DNA of 62,745 nucleotides, filler included. It is 4 parts of 4 records of this genome, joined end to end, with 100 filler letters (N's around TTAATTAATTAA, not from the genome) between each part and the next. Parts side by side here need not be neighbours in the genome. Positions count along the whole stretch, not along the records: positions 23,527 to 43,622 come from SRR20825019_2766; 3 more parts are not named here. The stretch is one strand, 5' to 3'. Position numbers and translations under genes: made by a program. Shown here piece by piece: positions 32,920-42,410 of the stretch. The first letter of the stretch is position 1; every line of letters begins with the position of its first letter. The notes under the pieces were generated by a model. It was not told the origin of the DNA, searched no databases, and was given only the letters and a program-made list of their open reading frames with translations.

Positions 32920-34920
32920 CTACTCCCGTGCCAACGCCTCGACCGGATCGAGCCGCGCCGCCGAACGCGCCGGCATGAAGCCGAACACCACCCCGATGAC
33001 ACTGGCCGAGATGATCGCCAGCACGATCGACTCGGTGGAATAGGCCAGCCGGGCGCCCGAAACGATTGCCGTCAGCCCCTGGCCCAGCGCAAAGCTCAGC
33101 GCCACGCCGGCAGCGCCACCGGCAAAGCACACCAGGATCGCCTCGATCAGGAATTGCCGCATGATATCGCTGCGGCGCGCGCCCACGGCCATGCGGATGC
33201 CGATCTCCTTGGTACGCTCACTGACCGACACCAGCATGATGTTCATCACCCCGATGCCACCGACGACCAGCGATATCACCGCAATGGTGGAGATCAGGAT
33301 GGACAGCGTCGCCGATGTCGACTGGATGGTCTCGCGGATCGTGTCGGTATTTTGCAGGAAGAAATCCTGTGTACCGCCATGCAGCCGCGTCAGCAGTTCG
33401 GTGATTTCCACCTCGGCCTGCGCCGTATCATAGTCATCTGCAATCCGCACGGCGATGGAATTGAGATAGCTCTGGCCCAGAATACGGCTCATTGCCGAAG
33501 TATAGGGCACATAGACATTAGCATTGTCACCGCCGCGCCCGAAGCCCGAACTGGCCTCCACCACCCCAATGACCCGCACCGGCACCTTGCCCAGCATGAT
33601 GACTTCACCAATCGGATTCTCCCCATTGGTGAAGATGGAATCCACCGCGTTCTGGTCGATCACCGCTTCCTGGGCCATGACGGTGACACTGTCCTCGCCA
33701 AAGCCGGAACCGGCGGTGAAGGTGCGGCCATTGACCTGGAAATAATCCGCGCCAACGCCGGTCACCGAGGCATTTGTCGCCGTATTGCGATAAAGCGCGG
33801 TGGCATTGGCGCTGACCTGTGGCGTCACGCTATCGGCATAGTCCTGTTCGGCCAGCGCCTCGGCATCGGTCGGCCGCAGCGTCCGCACCCGCCCCGAACG
33901 CACGTCGCCAAAGCCGGAGCCGGGATAGACATTGATAGTATTGGTGCCAATGGAGGAAATATTCTCCAGCACGGTCTGCTGGCTCCCCTGCCCGAGCGCC
34001 ACCACCGCCACCACCGAGGCAATGCCGATGATGATGCCGAGCATGGTCAGGAACGTCCTGAGCTTGTGCGCGCCCATGGCCCGCAAGGCCATACGCAGGG
34101 CTTCACCCATGCGGTCCAGCCCGCGCCGCCAGCTTGCCGCGGCCTTCATCTCTGTCTCGGCCTTTTCCACCCGGCGCGGCTCGACATTGTGCCGGTCCGC
34201 TATGATCTCGCCATCGGCGATTTCAATGACCCGTTCAGCCTGCGCGGCAATCTGCGGGTCGTGCGTGACCAGGATTATGGTGTGCCCGTCGGCATGCAAC
34301 TCCTTGAGCAGAGCCATCAGTTCCTTGCCCGAGCGCGAATCGAGCGCGCCGGTGGGCTCATCCGCCAGAATGACCTCGCCACCATTCATCAGCGCCCGCG
34401 CCACGCTGACGCGCTGCTGCTGGCCGCCCGAAAGCGCATTGGGGCGATGGTCAAGACGATCGCCCAGCCCCAGCCGGGTCAGAAGGGCAACGGCCCGTTT
34501 GCGCCGCGCGGCCGCATCGACACCGGCATAAACCGCAGGCACCTCGACATTTTCCACAGCGTCGAGATCGGGCAGCAATTGATAGCGCTGGAAGATGAAG
34601 CCGAAATGTTCGCGCCTGAGCGCGGCCAGCGCATCGGCATCGAGCTTGCTCACATCCTTGCCGGCAAAATGGTAAGAGCCTTCGCTCGCACGATCCAGGC
34701 AACCAAGGATGTTCATCAGTGTCGACTTGCCCGACCCGGACTGGCCGATGATTGCGACCATTTCGCCGCGATGAATATCGAGATCGACGCCCTTGAGCAC
34801 GGCCACCGATTCCGGGCCAGCCTGGAAGCGCCGGACGAGGCCCCTGATCGCGATGATCGGCGTTCCCGCGTCGACCGGCTTGGCGCCCATCGTGTCGGTG
34901 TTGCTGAGGGGACGGTTCAT
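32920..34920 (-). CDS. macB: MacB-type ABC ATP-binding/permease fusion
   Basis: GQSGSGKS, LSGGQQQR, LTMLGIIIGI and GIGVMNIMLVSVSERTKEIG. Confidence 0.93.
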   Translation of the reverse strand: MNRPLSNTDTMGAKPVDAGTPIIAIRGLVRRFQAGPESVAVLKGVDLDIHRGEMVAIIGQSGSGKSTLMNILGCLDRASEGSYHFAGKDVSKLDADALAALRREHFGFIFQRYQLLPDLDAVENVEVPAVYAGVDAAARRKRAVALLTRLGLGDRLDHRPNALSGGQQQRVSVARALMNGGEVILADEPTGALDSRSGKELMALLKELHADGHTIILVTHDPQIAAQAERVIEIADGEIIADRHNVEPRRVEKAETEMKAAASWRRGLDRMGEALRMALRAMGAHKLRTFLTMLGIIIGIASVVAVVALGQGSQQTVLENISSIGTNTINVYPGSGFGDVRSGRVRTLRPTDAEALAEQDYADSVTPQVSANATALYRNTATNASVTGVGADYFQVNGRTFTAGSGFGEDSVTVMAQEAVIDQNAVDSIFTNGENPIGEVIMLGKVPVRVIGVVEASSGFGRGGDNANVYVPYTSAMSRILGQSYLNSIAVRIADDYDTAQAEVEITELLTRLHGGTQDFFLQNTDTIRETIQSTSATLSILISTIAVISLVVGGIGVMNIMLVSVSERTKEIGIRMAVGARRSDIMRQFLIEAILVCFAGGAAGVALSFALGQGLTAIVSGARLAYSTESIVLAIISASVIGVVFGFMPARSAARLDPVEALARE

Positions 34921-34927
34921 GACCCGC

Positions 34928-36124
34928 CTAGCCCCCGCGCCGCATCATCATCGGCCCGCCAAAGCCGCCACGGCCACCCGGCCCATCCGAATTGCTCAGG
35001 CGCGCGCCGGTCGCGTTGACGACAAGGTCGCCTTCTTCGAGGCCGGAAACGATCTCGGCATTGATGTTGTTGTTGAGCCCCACTTCGATGCGCGCCGGGC
35101 GCATTTCCTCACTGTCCGGGTCATAGACCGTGACCATGGTGGCTCCATCGGGCCCCTGCCTGGTGACCAGGCTCGAAGGCAGGGACAGCACATCGCGCGC
35201 CTCGGCAAGCACAATGGTCACCGATGCGGTCATGGAAATGCGCAGCCGGTGATCGGCATTGGGCACCTCGAACAGCCCATTGTAATAGACCGCGCTGCCG
35301 GAACTGGATGCTTCATCGGCAATGGAGGTCGGCGCCGGCTCGATCTCGCGCAGTGTCGCTTCGATGCGCTGGTCCGGCTCGCCCAGAATGGTGAAATAGA
35401 CTTTCTGCCCGGCGCTCACCTTGACCACATCGGCTTCCGAAATCTCGGCCTTGATGACCATGGTGTCCAGATTGGCGATCTTGGCGATGGTTGGCGTGGC
35501 CGAGTTGGCATTGAGCGTCTGCCCTTCCTCCACCAGAAGCGCCACCACGGTACCATTGGCCGGCGCCACAATCTGCGTGCGCGCCAGATCGAGTTCGGCG
35601 GACTCCACCGTCAGTTCCGCCTGGTCGATCTGAGCGTCGAGCTGGTCGATCTGCGCCCTGGCCTGATCCACGGCGGACTGGGCCGTTTCCAGCGCCGTCT
35701 GCGAGACGAGGCTATTGGCGCTCAATTGCTGCTGCCGCGTCAAAGCGGCTTCGGCCTGGGCCAGAATGGCTTCCTGGTTGCGCCGTTGCGCCTGAATGCC
35801 GGCAAGCGCCGCTTCAGCCGATTTCACCGCATTTTCCTGGTTCAGGCTGTCGATCTCGGCGATCAGATCGCCCCTGGAAACATCATCGCCCAGCGCCACA
35901 TGCACCGCCTTGATGCTGCCCGACACTTCCGCGCCCACGCTGACCAGGGCACTCGCTTCCAGCACACCCGAGGCCAGCACGGTGGTTTCAATATCCCCGC
36001 GCCCGACCGTGACGGTATCCGGCGTGGTGCTGGCCTGTGTCGGGGCCAGGAAATACCACCAGCCCGCCGCAGCACCACCGCCCAGGACGATCAGAACAAG
36101 CAGGAAATTGACAAAGCGCTTCAT
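34928..36124 (-). CDS. macA: MacA-type periplasmic adaptor (MFP)
   Basis: N-terminal TM, VGAEVSG, coiled coil and AEISEADV; upstream of macB. Confidence 0.9.
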   Translation of the reverse strand: MKRFVNFLLVLIVLGGGAAAGWWYFLAPTQASTTPDTVTVGRGDIETTVLASGVLEASALVSVGAEVSGSIKAVHVALGDDVSRGDLIAEIDSLNQENAVKSAEAALAGIQAQRRNQEAILAQAEAALTRQQQLSANSLVSQTALETAQSAVDQARAQIDQLDAQIDQAELTVESAELDLARTQIVAPANGTVVALLVEEGQTLNANSATPTIAKIANLDTMVIKAEISEADVVKVSAGQKVYFTILGEPDQRIEATLREIEPAPTSIADEASSSGSAVYYNGLFEVPNADHRLRISMTASVTIVLAEARDVLSLPSSLVTRQGPDGATMVTVYDPDSEEMRPARIEVGLNNNINAEIVSGLEEGDLVVNATGARLSNSDGPGGRGGFGGPMMMRRGG

Positions 36125-36294
36125 GGCTCGGAACGGCCTCAATAAATTCAGTATCAGGTTTCCATACGCCCAATAGGTGGCAAATTCACGTTAGCACTGG
36201 GTAAGACGCATTAAACTTTGGAAATGTTGACGCGAACAGGAAGTGCGGTCCACCCTGCACGCGAACTGTTGACCACTTCCCTTCAGGACCCATC

Positions 36295-37071
36295 ATGTAT
36301 TCGCTGCTCGATCCCAGCCGCTTTGTTGTCTTCATCACCGGCGCCACCTCCGGTTTCGGCGCCGCCGCTGCTCGCCGCTATGTCGCCGCGGGCGGCAAGG
36401 TGATCGCGACCGGTCGCCGCGAGGACCGCCTGCTGACGCTGCGCGACGAACTTGGCCATGACAACTGCCACATCATTCCGCTCGATGTGCGCGACCGCGC
36501 CGCCATGGAAGCGGCCATCGCCGCCATTCCCGCGCCCTTCGATGCGATCAATATCGTACTGGCCAATGCCGGGCTGGCCCTGGGCCTGCAGCCGGCCGCC
36601 GAGACGGATCTGAATGACTGGGAGACCATGATCGACACCAATATCAAGGGTCTGGTCTATACCGTGCGCCTGCTTTTGCCCCGGCTCATCTCCCGCGGCG
36701 GCGGCCATGTGGTGACCCTGGGATCGGTCGCGGGCGAATATGCCTATCCCGGCGGCTCGGTCTATGCGGCCTCAAAGGCCTTCGTGAAGCATTTTGCCCT
36801 CGCCATCCGCTCGGACCTGCAGGGCAAGAATGTGCGCGTCACCGATATCGAACCGGGACTGACCGAGACCGAATTTTCCGTGGTCCGCTTCAAGGGCGAC
36901 GCGGACAAGGCGGGCAATGTCTATGCCAACACCAAGGCCATGACTGCCGAGGACATCGCCGAGTCCATCTTCTGGGCCACCTCGCTCCCCGAACACGTCA
37001 ACGTCAACAAGATCCAGCTCATGGCCACCACCCAGGCCATCGGACCGTTCGACATCTATCGCGAGGGCTGA
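36295..37071 (+). CDS. NADP-dependent short-chain dehydrogenase, YdfG-like
   Basis: TGATSGFG, NAGLALG, YAASK and IEPGL.ETEFS.VRF. Confidence 0.88.
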   Translation: MYSLLDPSRFVVFITGATSGFGAAAARRYVAAGGKVIATGRREDRLLTLRDELGHDNCHIIPLDVRDRAAMEAAIAAIPAPFDAINIVLANAGLALGLQPAAETDLNDWETMIDTNIKGLVYTVRLLLPRLISRGGGHVVTLGSVAGEYAYPGGSVYAASKAFVKHFALAIRSDLQGKNVRVTDIEPGLTETEFSVVRFKGDADKAGNVYANTKAMTAEDIAESIFWATSLPEHVNVNKIQLMATTQAIGPFDIYREG

Positions 37072-37119
37072 CAGCCGCCGGGCGAAAGGGCAGTATGGCG
37101 CCCTCAATGGAGGGTTCCC

Positions 37120-37785
37120 ATGCTGCTGCGACTAGCAATTTTTCTGCCCGTCACCCTTGCCCTGGCGACCCCTGCCGTCGCCCAGATCTCCCTCAAGTCC
37201 ATCGGCGACACCTGCCTCGAAACCGAACTCGAAGACTGCAAGGTGCTGACGGCGGGCTATTTCAACCGCGCCGATTACGGAGACGGCGAGGGATCACCCC
37301 TGATTGCCTGGCAGACCCAGGCCGGTACCGCCGATTATGGCATCATCGGCGGCTTCGTGCTGTTCCGGCACAATGGCGAAGGCTGGGAGGTGCTCGACAA
37401 GGGCTTTGACGGCTATTTCCAGATGCCCAGCCTCAATGACGAGAATGTGCTGCACCAGCCCGGCTACAGTCAGGGCACCGGCGTCTTCAACACCGACCGC
37501 CTGTTCCGGCTGGAAGAAGACGGCACCACCTGGACACCCATCGACATGGACAATTGGCTTGTTGGTGTCAAACTCCCCGAGAACCTCGAAATCTGGAAGG
37601 GCGTCGCCTTCGATTTCTCCAACCCCTGGTCGGGTTATGTCGCCCGCAGCGGGCTGTGGCGCCCCGACGACGGCAATTGCTGCCCCAGCGGCGGCAGCGC
37701 AGTGATCAGCCTGGAGATCGAAGGCAATACGCTGGTGGGCAAGGAAGTTGAATACATCCCGCCCACAGAGGAAGAAGAAGACTAA
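37120..37785 (+). CDS. Secreted hypothetical protein with C-terminal DGNCCPSGG motif
   Basis: Signal peptide (..TPAVA|Q), GGAGG SD upstream, acidic composition, four Cys. Confidence 0.7.
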   Translation: MLLRLAIFLPVTLALATPAVAQISLKSIGDTCLETELEDCKVLTAGYFNRADYGDGEGSPLIAWQTQAGTADYGIIGGFVLFRHNGEGWEVLDKGFDGYFQMPSLNDENVLHQPGYSQGTGVFNTDRLFRLEEDGTTWTPIDMDNWLVGVKLPENLEIWKGVAFDFSNPWSGYVARSGLWRPDDGNCCPSGGSAVISLEIEGNTLVGKEVEYIPPTEEEED

Positions 37786-38813
37786 AGCCCCAGGAAGCGG
37801 ACCGTATCCGGATCGACGGGAATGCCTTGGGCGCGCCGCCGGTCCAGCTCCTCCCATTCCCGATCGCCCGGCGCCATCACGCGCCCGCCCTCGCGCACCG
37901 GGGAACCCCGCAACGCCGCCAGATAGGTGGTGATTGCGGCTCCGAAGGCGGCGCGGCCGGCGAATTTGTCCGGATCGATCACCAGCACGAAATGGCCCAT
38001 GTTCCGTGGCGTCGAAATATCATCGCCGCCATACATGGGGATGAAATCAGGGTCGAGCGTGGTGCCTGTGAGCAGCGCCGAAAACAGCGTCGCCACCCCG
38101 GCCAGCGCTGCGCCCTTATAGCCGTAATCCGTGCCACCCAGCGGCAGCAGCATATCGGCTGCATGCGGGTCGGTGGTCATCTCGCCGTCTGGCGTCGCGG
38201 CCACACCGGCCGGTAGCTCCTTGTCGAGCGAACGATGCAGCAAGACCCGGTTGAGCGGAATGGAGCTGGTCGCCATGTCGAGGAGCCATGGCCTGCTCCC
38301 CGGCACCGGCGCGGCAAAGGCCAGCGGATTGGTCCCGTGAAATTTCTGTGCGCCATCAAACAGCGCCACCATGGAATCAGTATTGGTGGTGGCAAAGGTA
38401 ACAAAGCCCTCTTCGGCCCCCGCCAACGCATAGGCCCCTGCCGCCCCCAGATGCGAGGAATTCTTTATCCCTACCGCACCGACACCGGCCTCCCGCGCCA
38501 GTTCCATGCCCACCTCGACGGCCTTGTAGGCTGCGTAATGCCCCAGCCCGTCGTCGCCATCCACCATGGCGCTGCCTGCGCCGCGCTTGTCCACGCCAAG
38601 CTGCGGATCCTTGCTCAGCCGCCCGCCGGCCAGCATCCGGCAATAATGCCCGGTCAGCCGCACGCCATGACTGTCGACACCCACCAGCGAAGCATGCAGC
38701 ATGGCCTTGCTCGCCGCCGCGCGCGAGGCAACACTGGCACCCGCCTCGGCCAGCCGCATCTCGACGCGCTCGGCCAGCAGAGTTTCGGCAAAACGGGGCG
38801 CTTCACTTTCCAC
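37782..38813 (-). CDS. Ldh_2 family oxidoreductase (malate/L-lactate/ureidoglycolate dehydrogenase-like)
   Basis: GVDSHG, HGTNPLAFAAP, LDMATS and GYKGAALA. Confidence 0.88.
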   Translation of the reverse strand: MESEAPRFAETLLAERVEMRLAEAGASVASRAAASKAMLHASLVGVDSHGVRLTGHYCRMLAGGRLSKDPQLGVDKRGAGSAMVDGDDGLGHYAAYKAVEVGMELAREAGVGAVGIKNSSHLGAAGAYALAGAEEGFVTFATTNTDSMVALFDGAQKFHGTNPLAFAAPVPGSRPWLLDMATSSIPLNRVLLHRSLDKELPAGVAATPDGEMTTDPHAADMLLPLGGTDYGYKGAALAGVATLFSALLTGTTLDPDFIPMYGGDDISTPRNMGHFVLVIDPDKFAGRAAFGAAITTYLAALRGSPVREGGRVMAPGDREWEELDRRRAQGIPVDPDTVRFLGL

Positions 38814-38981
38814 GACGCATCATCCTCATAGTCCTCATCCTGAGCGTGTCGATGTGCACCATGAGGTCTGGGCGTGTTCCGTGTCCACCATCATGCCTCA
38901 CGCGCATGGCCCATACCCAACTTTGTACTGGCACTGGCCGCACACCGGGTTATGCTTGGCCAACACAGTTGAGACTGCCCC

Positions 38982-39878
38982 ATGCCAAACGCCCCCGATC
39001 CGATCACCCGCAATCTCTGGCACGTTGTTGCCGCCACCAGCGAATTGCCCATAGGCCTGGTCGAGACCACTCTGTTGCTCGACACGCGCCTGGCGCTGAC
39101 CCGCGGCGAGGACGGCGAGCCTGTCGTCTGGCTGCGCAGCAATGAGGAGCAGGGCGACGAGATCGACGCCGAGACCATCCTCGAGCGCCTGCCCGTCCGC
39201 ACCGCCTATGGCTATACCTGGACCTGTCTCGGCACCCCGGCCGACGACCTCTTTCCCATTCCAGAATTTGCCGAGCCCGACCGGGTCAACATGAGCTGCG
39301 GCTCCATCGGCATTCATGTGTCCGCCCCGCGTGCCGTCGAGAATTTCCTCGATATGGGCCACTTCCCTTACGTCCACACCGACATTCTGGGCTCCGAGCC
39401 GCATACCGAGGTCAAGGAATACGATGTCGAGGTCTCCGAGGAGCGCGACGAGGTGCTGGCCACCAAATGCCGCTTCATGCAGCCGCGCGCCGCAAAGTCG
39501 GCAACCACGGCCATGGAAGTGGAATATGTCTATCGCGTGCCGCACCCGTTCTGCTCGGTGCTCTACAAATCCTGCCCCGAGGATGAGAGCCGCCGCGATG
39601 TGATCGGCATCTTCCTCCAGCCCATGACCGAGGAACGCTGCCGCGCCCACCTGCTGCAGTCGATGATCGATTCGACCTCGACCCTCACGGATCTGCGGCG
39701 CTTCCAGCAGACCATTTTCGGTCAGGACAAGCCGATCCTGGAAAACCAGTACCCCAAGAAACTGCCGCTCGACCCGCGCGCCGAAACCCCGATCCGCGCC
39801 GACAAGAGCGCCATCGCCTATCGCCGCTGGCTCAGCCAGAAGGGCATTACCTATGGGGTGATCCCACAAGCGAGTTGA
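38982..39878 (+). CDS. ndmC: NdmC-like methylxanthine N7-demethylase oxygenase subunit (catalytic domain only, no Rieske cluster)
   Basis: Mononuclear-Fe ligands ENFLDMGHFPYVH and IFGQD are present, while the N-terminus lacks CxH...CxxH. Size and motifs resemble Pseudomonas putida CBB5 NdmC (from recall, not aligned). Confidence 0.8.
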   Translation: MPNAPDPITRNLWHVVAATSELPIGLVETTLLLDTRLALTRGEDGEPVVWLRSNEEQGDEIDAETILERLPVRTAYGYTWTCLGTPADDLFPIPEFAEPDRVNMSCGSIGIHVSAPRAVENFLDMGHFPYVHTDILGSEPHTEVKEYDVEVSEERDEVLATKCRFMQPRAAKSATTAMEVEYVYRVPHPFCSVLYKSCPEDESRRDVIGIFLQPMTEERCRAHLLQSMIDSTSTLTDLRRFQQTIFGQDKPILENQYPKKLPLDPRAETPIRADKSAIAYRRWLSQKGITYGVIPQAS

Positions 39879-39975
39879 TCGCCCCGGTTGCCGCCTCGTA
39901 CGCCAAGGGCCTCCGGCAGCCAGTCCACAATATCTGCAGTCGTGGCGCGGCTGCCGGCCTTGACGGACAGTTTGC

Positions 39976-41685
39976 ATGCCCCTCTCCCTTTCCGACCCCA
40001 ATTGGTATCCCATTGCCTCGAGCGAGGATCTTCCGTTCCGCCATGTCTATCAGGGCCAGTTGCTTGGCCGCGAACTCGCTGTCTGGCGGGCCGATGATGG
40101 CAATGTGAATGTCTGGGAAAACCGGTGCCTGCATCGCGGCGTGCGCCTCTCCATCGGCATCAATGAGGGCCAGGAACTCAAATGCCAGTATCATGGCTGG
40201 CGCTATGCCAACCAATCCGCCGGCTGCACCTATATTCCGGCCCACCCCGCCGATGCCCCGGCGCGCCGCATCGAAAACCGCAAATATCCGGTCAAGGAAG
40301 CCTTCGGCCTGATCTGGTCGGCCGCCAATGACGAAAAACCCTTTGCCCCCTTCCCCGGCGCCGAGGGCCAGAGCTGGTTTGCCCTGCGGCCCATGCCGGT
40401 CAACGCGGCACCCGAGGATGTGGTCGCAGGCCTTGCCCGGCTTGCCCCCGACGATCAGCCGGCGGACCTCTTGCCCGGCATGACAGTCCGTCTCGGCGAC
40501 GTGGTCTATTTCGTCCAGCCCCTCGATGCGGGACGCGCGGTGATCCGCGGCCTTCTCCCCAAGACCCCTGCCGATGAACTGGCGGCCCTGCGCCACTACA
40601 ATGAGCATCTGACCCATTTGCGGGACCGGCTCGAACGCGCCGCGGCCAGAAGGCCTGCGCCCGAACCGTTGCAGCCCACCTATGAAAAGGTCTCTGCAGA
40701 CCTTGCCACCATGCCCGACATTGCCGTGCCGCGCGGCAATACGCTCAATGTCGTGGTCAAGCGCAAATGGCACAGTGCCGATGGCGTCATCGGCTTCGAG
40801 CTGGCCGATCGCGACGGCAAGCACCTGCCCACCTTCCAGCCCGGCGCCCATATCGATGTGCACCTGCCCAATGGCCTGGTCCGCCAATATTCCATCACCA
40901 ATGGCCCCGGCGACCTTTTGCGCTATGTCATCGGCGTCAAGCAGGAGAGCGCTTCAAAGGGCGGCTCCAAGGTCTTGGTCGAAACCGTACGCGAGGGCGA
41001 TGTGCTGGCCATTTCCGAGCCGCGCAACAACTTCCCGCTGCGCCGCGACGCCACCCGCACCGTGCTGATTGCCGGGGGCATCGGCATCACCCCCCTGCTC
41101 TCCATGGCCCGCTTTCTCGACAAGTCGAGCCTGCCCTATGAGCTGCACTACTTCACCCGCAATGGCGAAAGCGTCGCCTTCAAGAGCGAGCTGGATATGT
41201 TGCATGGCGCGGTGCATGTCCACACGGGTCTCGCCCGCGACGCCATTCAGGGCACCATCAATCAGGTGCTCGGGCCACATCAGTTCGCCAACCACGTCTA
41301 TATCTGCGGCCCCGGCGCCATGCTCGAAATGGTGCAGCAGGTGGCGACAGAACTCGGCTGGCCCGACGAGGCCGTGCATTTCGAATATTTCCAGAACGAC
41401 AAGGCGATCGATTCCTCATCTGCCTTCGATATCGAGCTGGCGCGCTCGGCCATGACCCTGCATGTCCCCGCCGGCAAGACCATCCTTGAAACGATGCGCG
41501 AGGCGGGCCTGACCGTGCCATCCTCCTGCGAACAGGGCGCCTGCGGCACCTGCCTCACCACTGTCATGGACGGCGAGATCGACCATCAGGACGTCTATCT
41601 CAACAAGAGCGAGAAAGCGTCCAACACCTGCATGATGACCTGTGTAAGCCGTGCGAAATCGGCGCGCCTGGTGCTGGATATCTGA
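39976..41685 (+). CDS. ndmD: NdmD-like reductase: N-terminal Rieske + FNR-type FMN/NADH domain + C-terminal plant-type [2Fe-2S]
   Basis: CLHRG...CQYHGW (Rieske), RQYSI, AGGIGITP, YICGP and CEQGACGTC...C. Confidence 0.82.
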   Translation: MPLSLSDPNWYPIASSEDLPFRHVYQGQLLGRELAVWRADDGNVNVWENRCLHRGVRLSIGINEGQELKCQYHGWRYANQSAGCTYIPAHPADAPARRIENRKYPVKEAFGLIWSAANDEKPFAPFPGAEGQSWFALRPMPVNAAPEDVVAGLARLAPDDQPADLLPGMTVRLGDVVYFVQPLDAGRAVIRGLLPKTPADELAALRHYNEHLTHLRDRLERAAARRPAPEPLQPTYEKVSADLATMPDIAVPRGNTLNVVVKRKWHSADGVIGFELADRDGKHLPTFQPGAHIDVHLPNGLVRQYSITNGPGDLLRYVIGVKQESASKGGSKVLVETVREGDVLAISEPRNNFPLRRDATRTVLIAGGIGITPLLSMARFLDKSSLPYELHYFTRNGESVAFKSELDMLHGAVHVHTGLARDAIQGTINQVLGPHQFANHVYICGPGAMLEMVQQVATELGWPDEAVHFEYFQNDKAIDSSSAFDIELARSAMTLHVPAGKTILETMREAGLTVPSSCEQGACGTCLTTVMDGEIDHQDVYLNKSEKASNTCMMTCVSRAKSARLVLDI

Positions 41686-41688
41686 CCC

Positions 41689-42336
41689 ATGGCCATTACC
41701 CTTTACGACTTCGAACTCTCCGGCAATTGCTACAAGCTGCGCCTGCTGATGAGCATCCTCAAGGTGCCCTATGACATCGTGCCGGTGGATTTCTTCCCCG
41801 GCCGCGAGCACAAGGCCGATTGGTTCCTGCGGCTCAATCCCTTCGGTCAACTGCCGGTGCTCAAGGACGACGATCTGGTGCTGTCCGACTCTGGCGCCAT
41901 CCTCGCTTACCTGGCAAAAAAATATGATGTCTCCGGCCAATGGTTCCCACACGATCCGGCCATCACCGCCGAGATCCTGCGCTGGCATGCCATCGCCGAT
42001 GACATCACATCGACCAGCTCCGCCGCCCGTTTGGCTTTAGGTTATGACTATGATTTCGACATCGAGAAAAGCCAGAAGGGCGCCCATCGCATTTTCCGGC
42101 TGATCGATGAACATCTCTGGTTCGGCGAACGATCCGGCCGCGACTGGCTCTGCTCTCCGGCCCATCCGACCACCGCAGACATCGCCTGCTTCCCCTATGT
42201 GATGCTGAGCGAGGAAGGCGGCATTTCCCGCCAAGACTATCCCGCCCTCCGGCGCTGGACCGACAGGGTGCGCCGCATTCCAGGCTTCACCGTCATGTCC
42301 GGCATTTTCCCCGCCGGACCAGCGAAGGTGGATTGA
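41689..42336 (+). CDS. ndmE: NdmE-like glutathione S-transferase-fold subunit
   Basis: ITLYDFELSGNCYK, NPFGQLPVL, SDSGAIL and PTTADIACFPY; 3 nt downstream of the ndmD-like gene. Confidence 0.78.
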   Translation: MAITLYDFELSGNCYKLRLLMSILKVPYDIVPVDFFPGREHKADWFLRLNPFGQLPVLKDDDLVLSDSGAILAYLAKKYDVSGQWFPHDPAITAEILRWHAIADDITSTSSAARLALGYDYDFDIEKSQKGAHRIFRLIDEHLWFGERSGRDWLCSPAHPTTADIACFPYVMLSEEGGISRQDYPALRRWTDRVRRIPGFTVMSGIFPAGPAKVD

Positions 42337-42410
42337 ACCTACCCCACCCGACCCCTAGCCCTGCGCCGCCATTCCCGCTATTGCCTTGGTCAAACTGAGG
42401 AGAAAATCCC

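Noticed and set aside
32860-36145. Plus-strand ORFs of 719 and 450 aa
   Set aside because: Antisense shadows of macB/macA.
38925-38945. TGGCAC upstream of ndmC as a sigma54 -24 element
   Set aside because: No TTGC/GC at the required -12 spacing.
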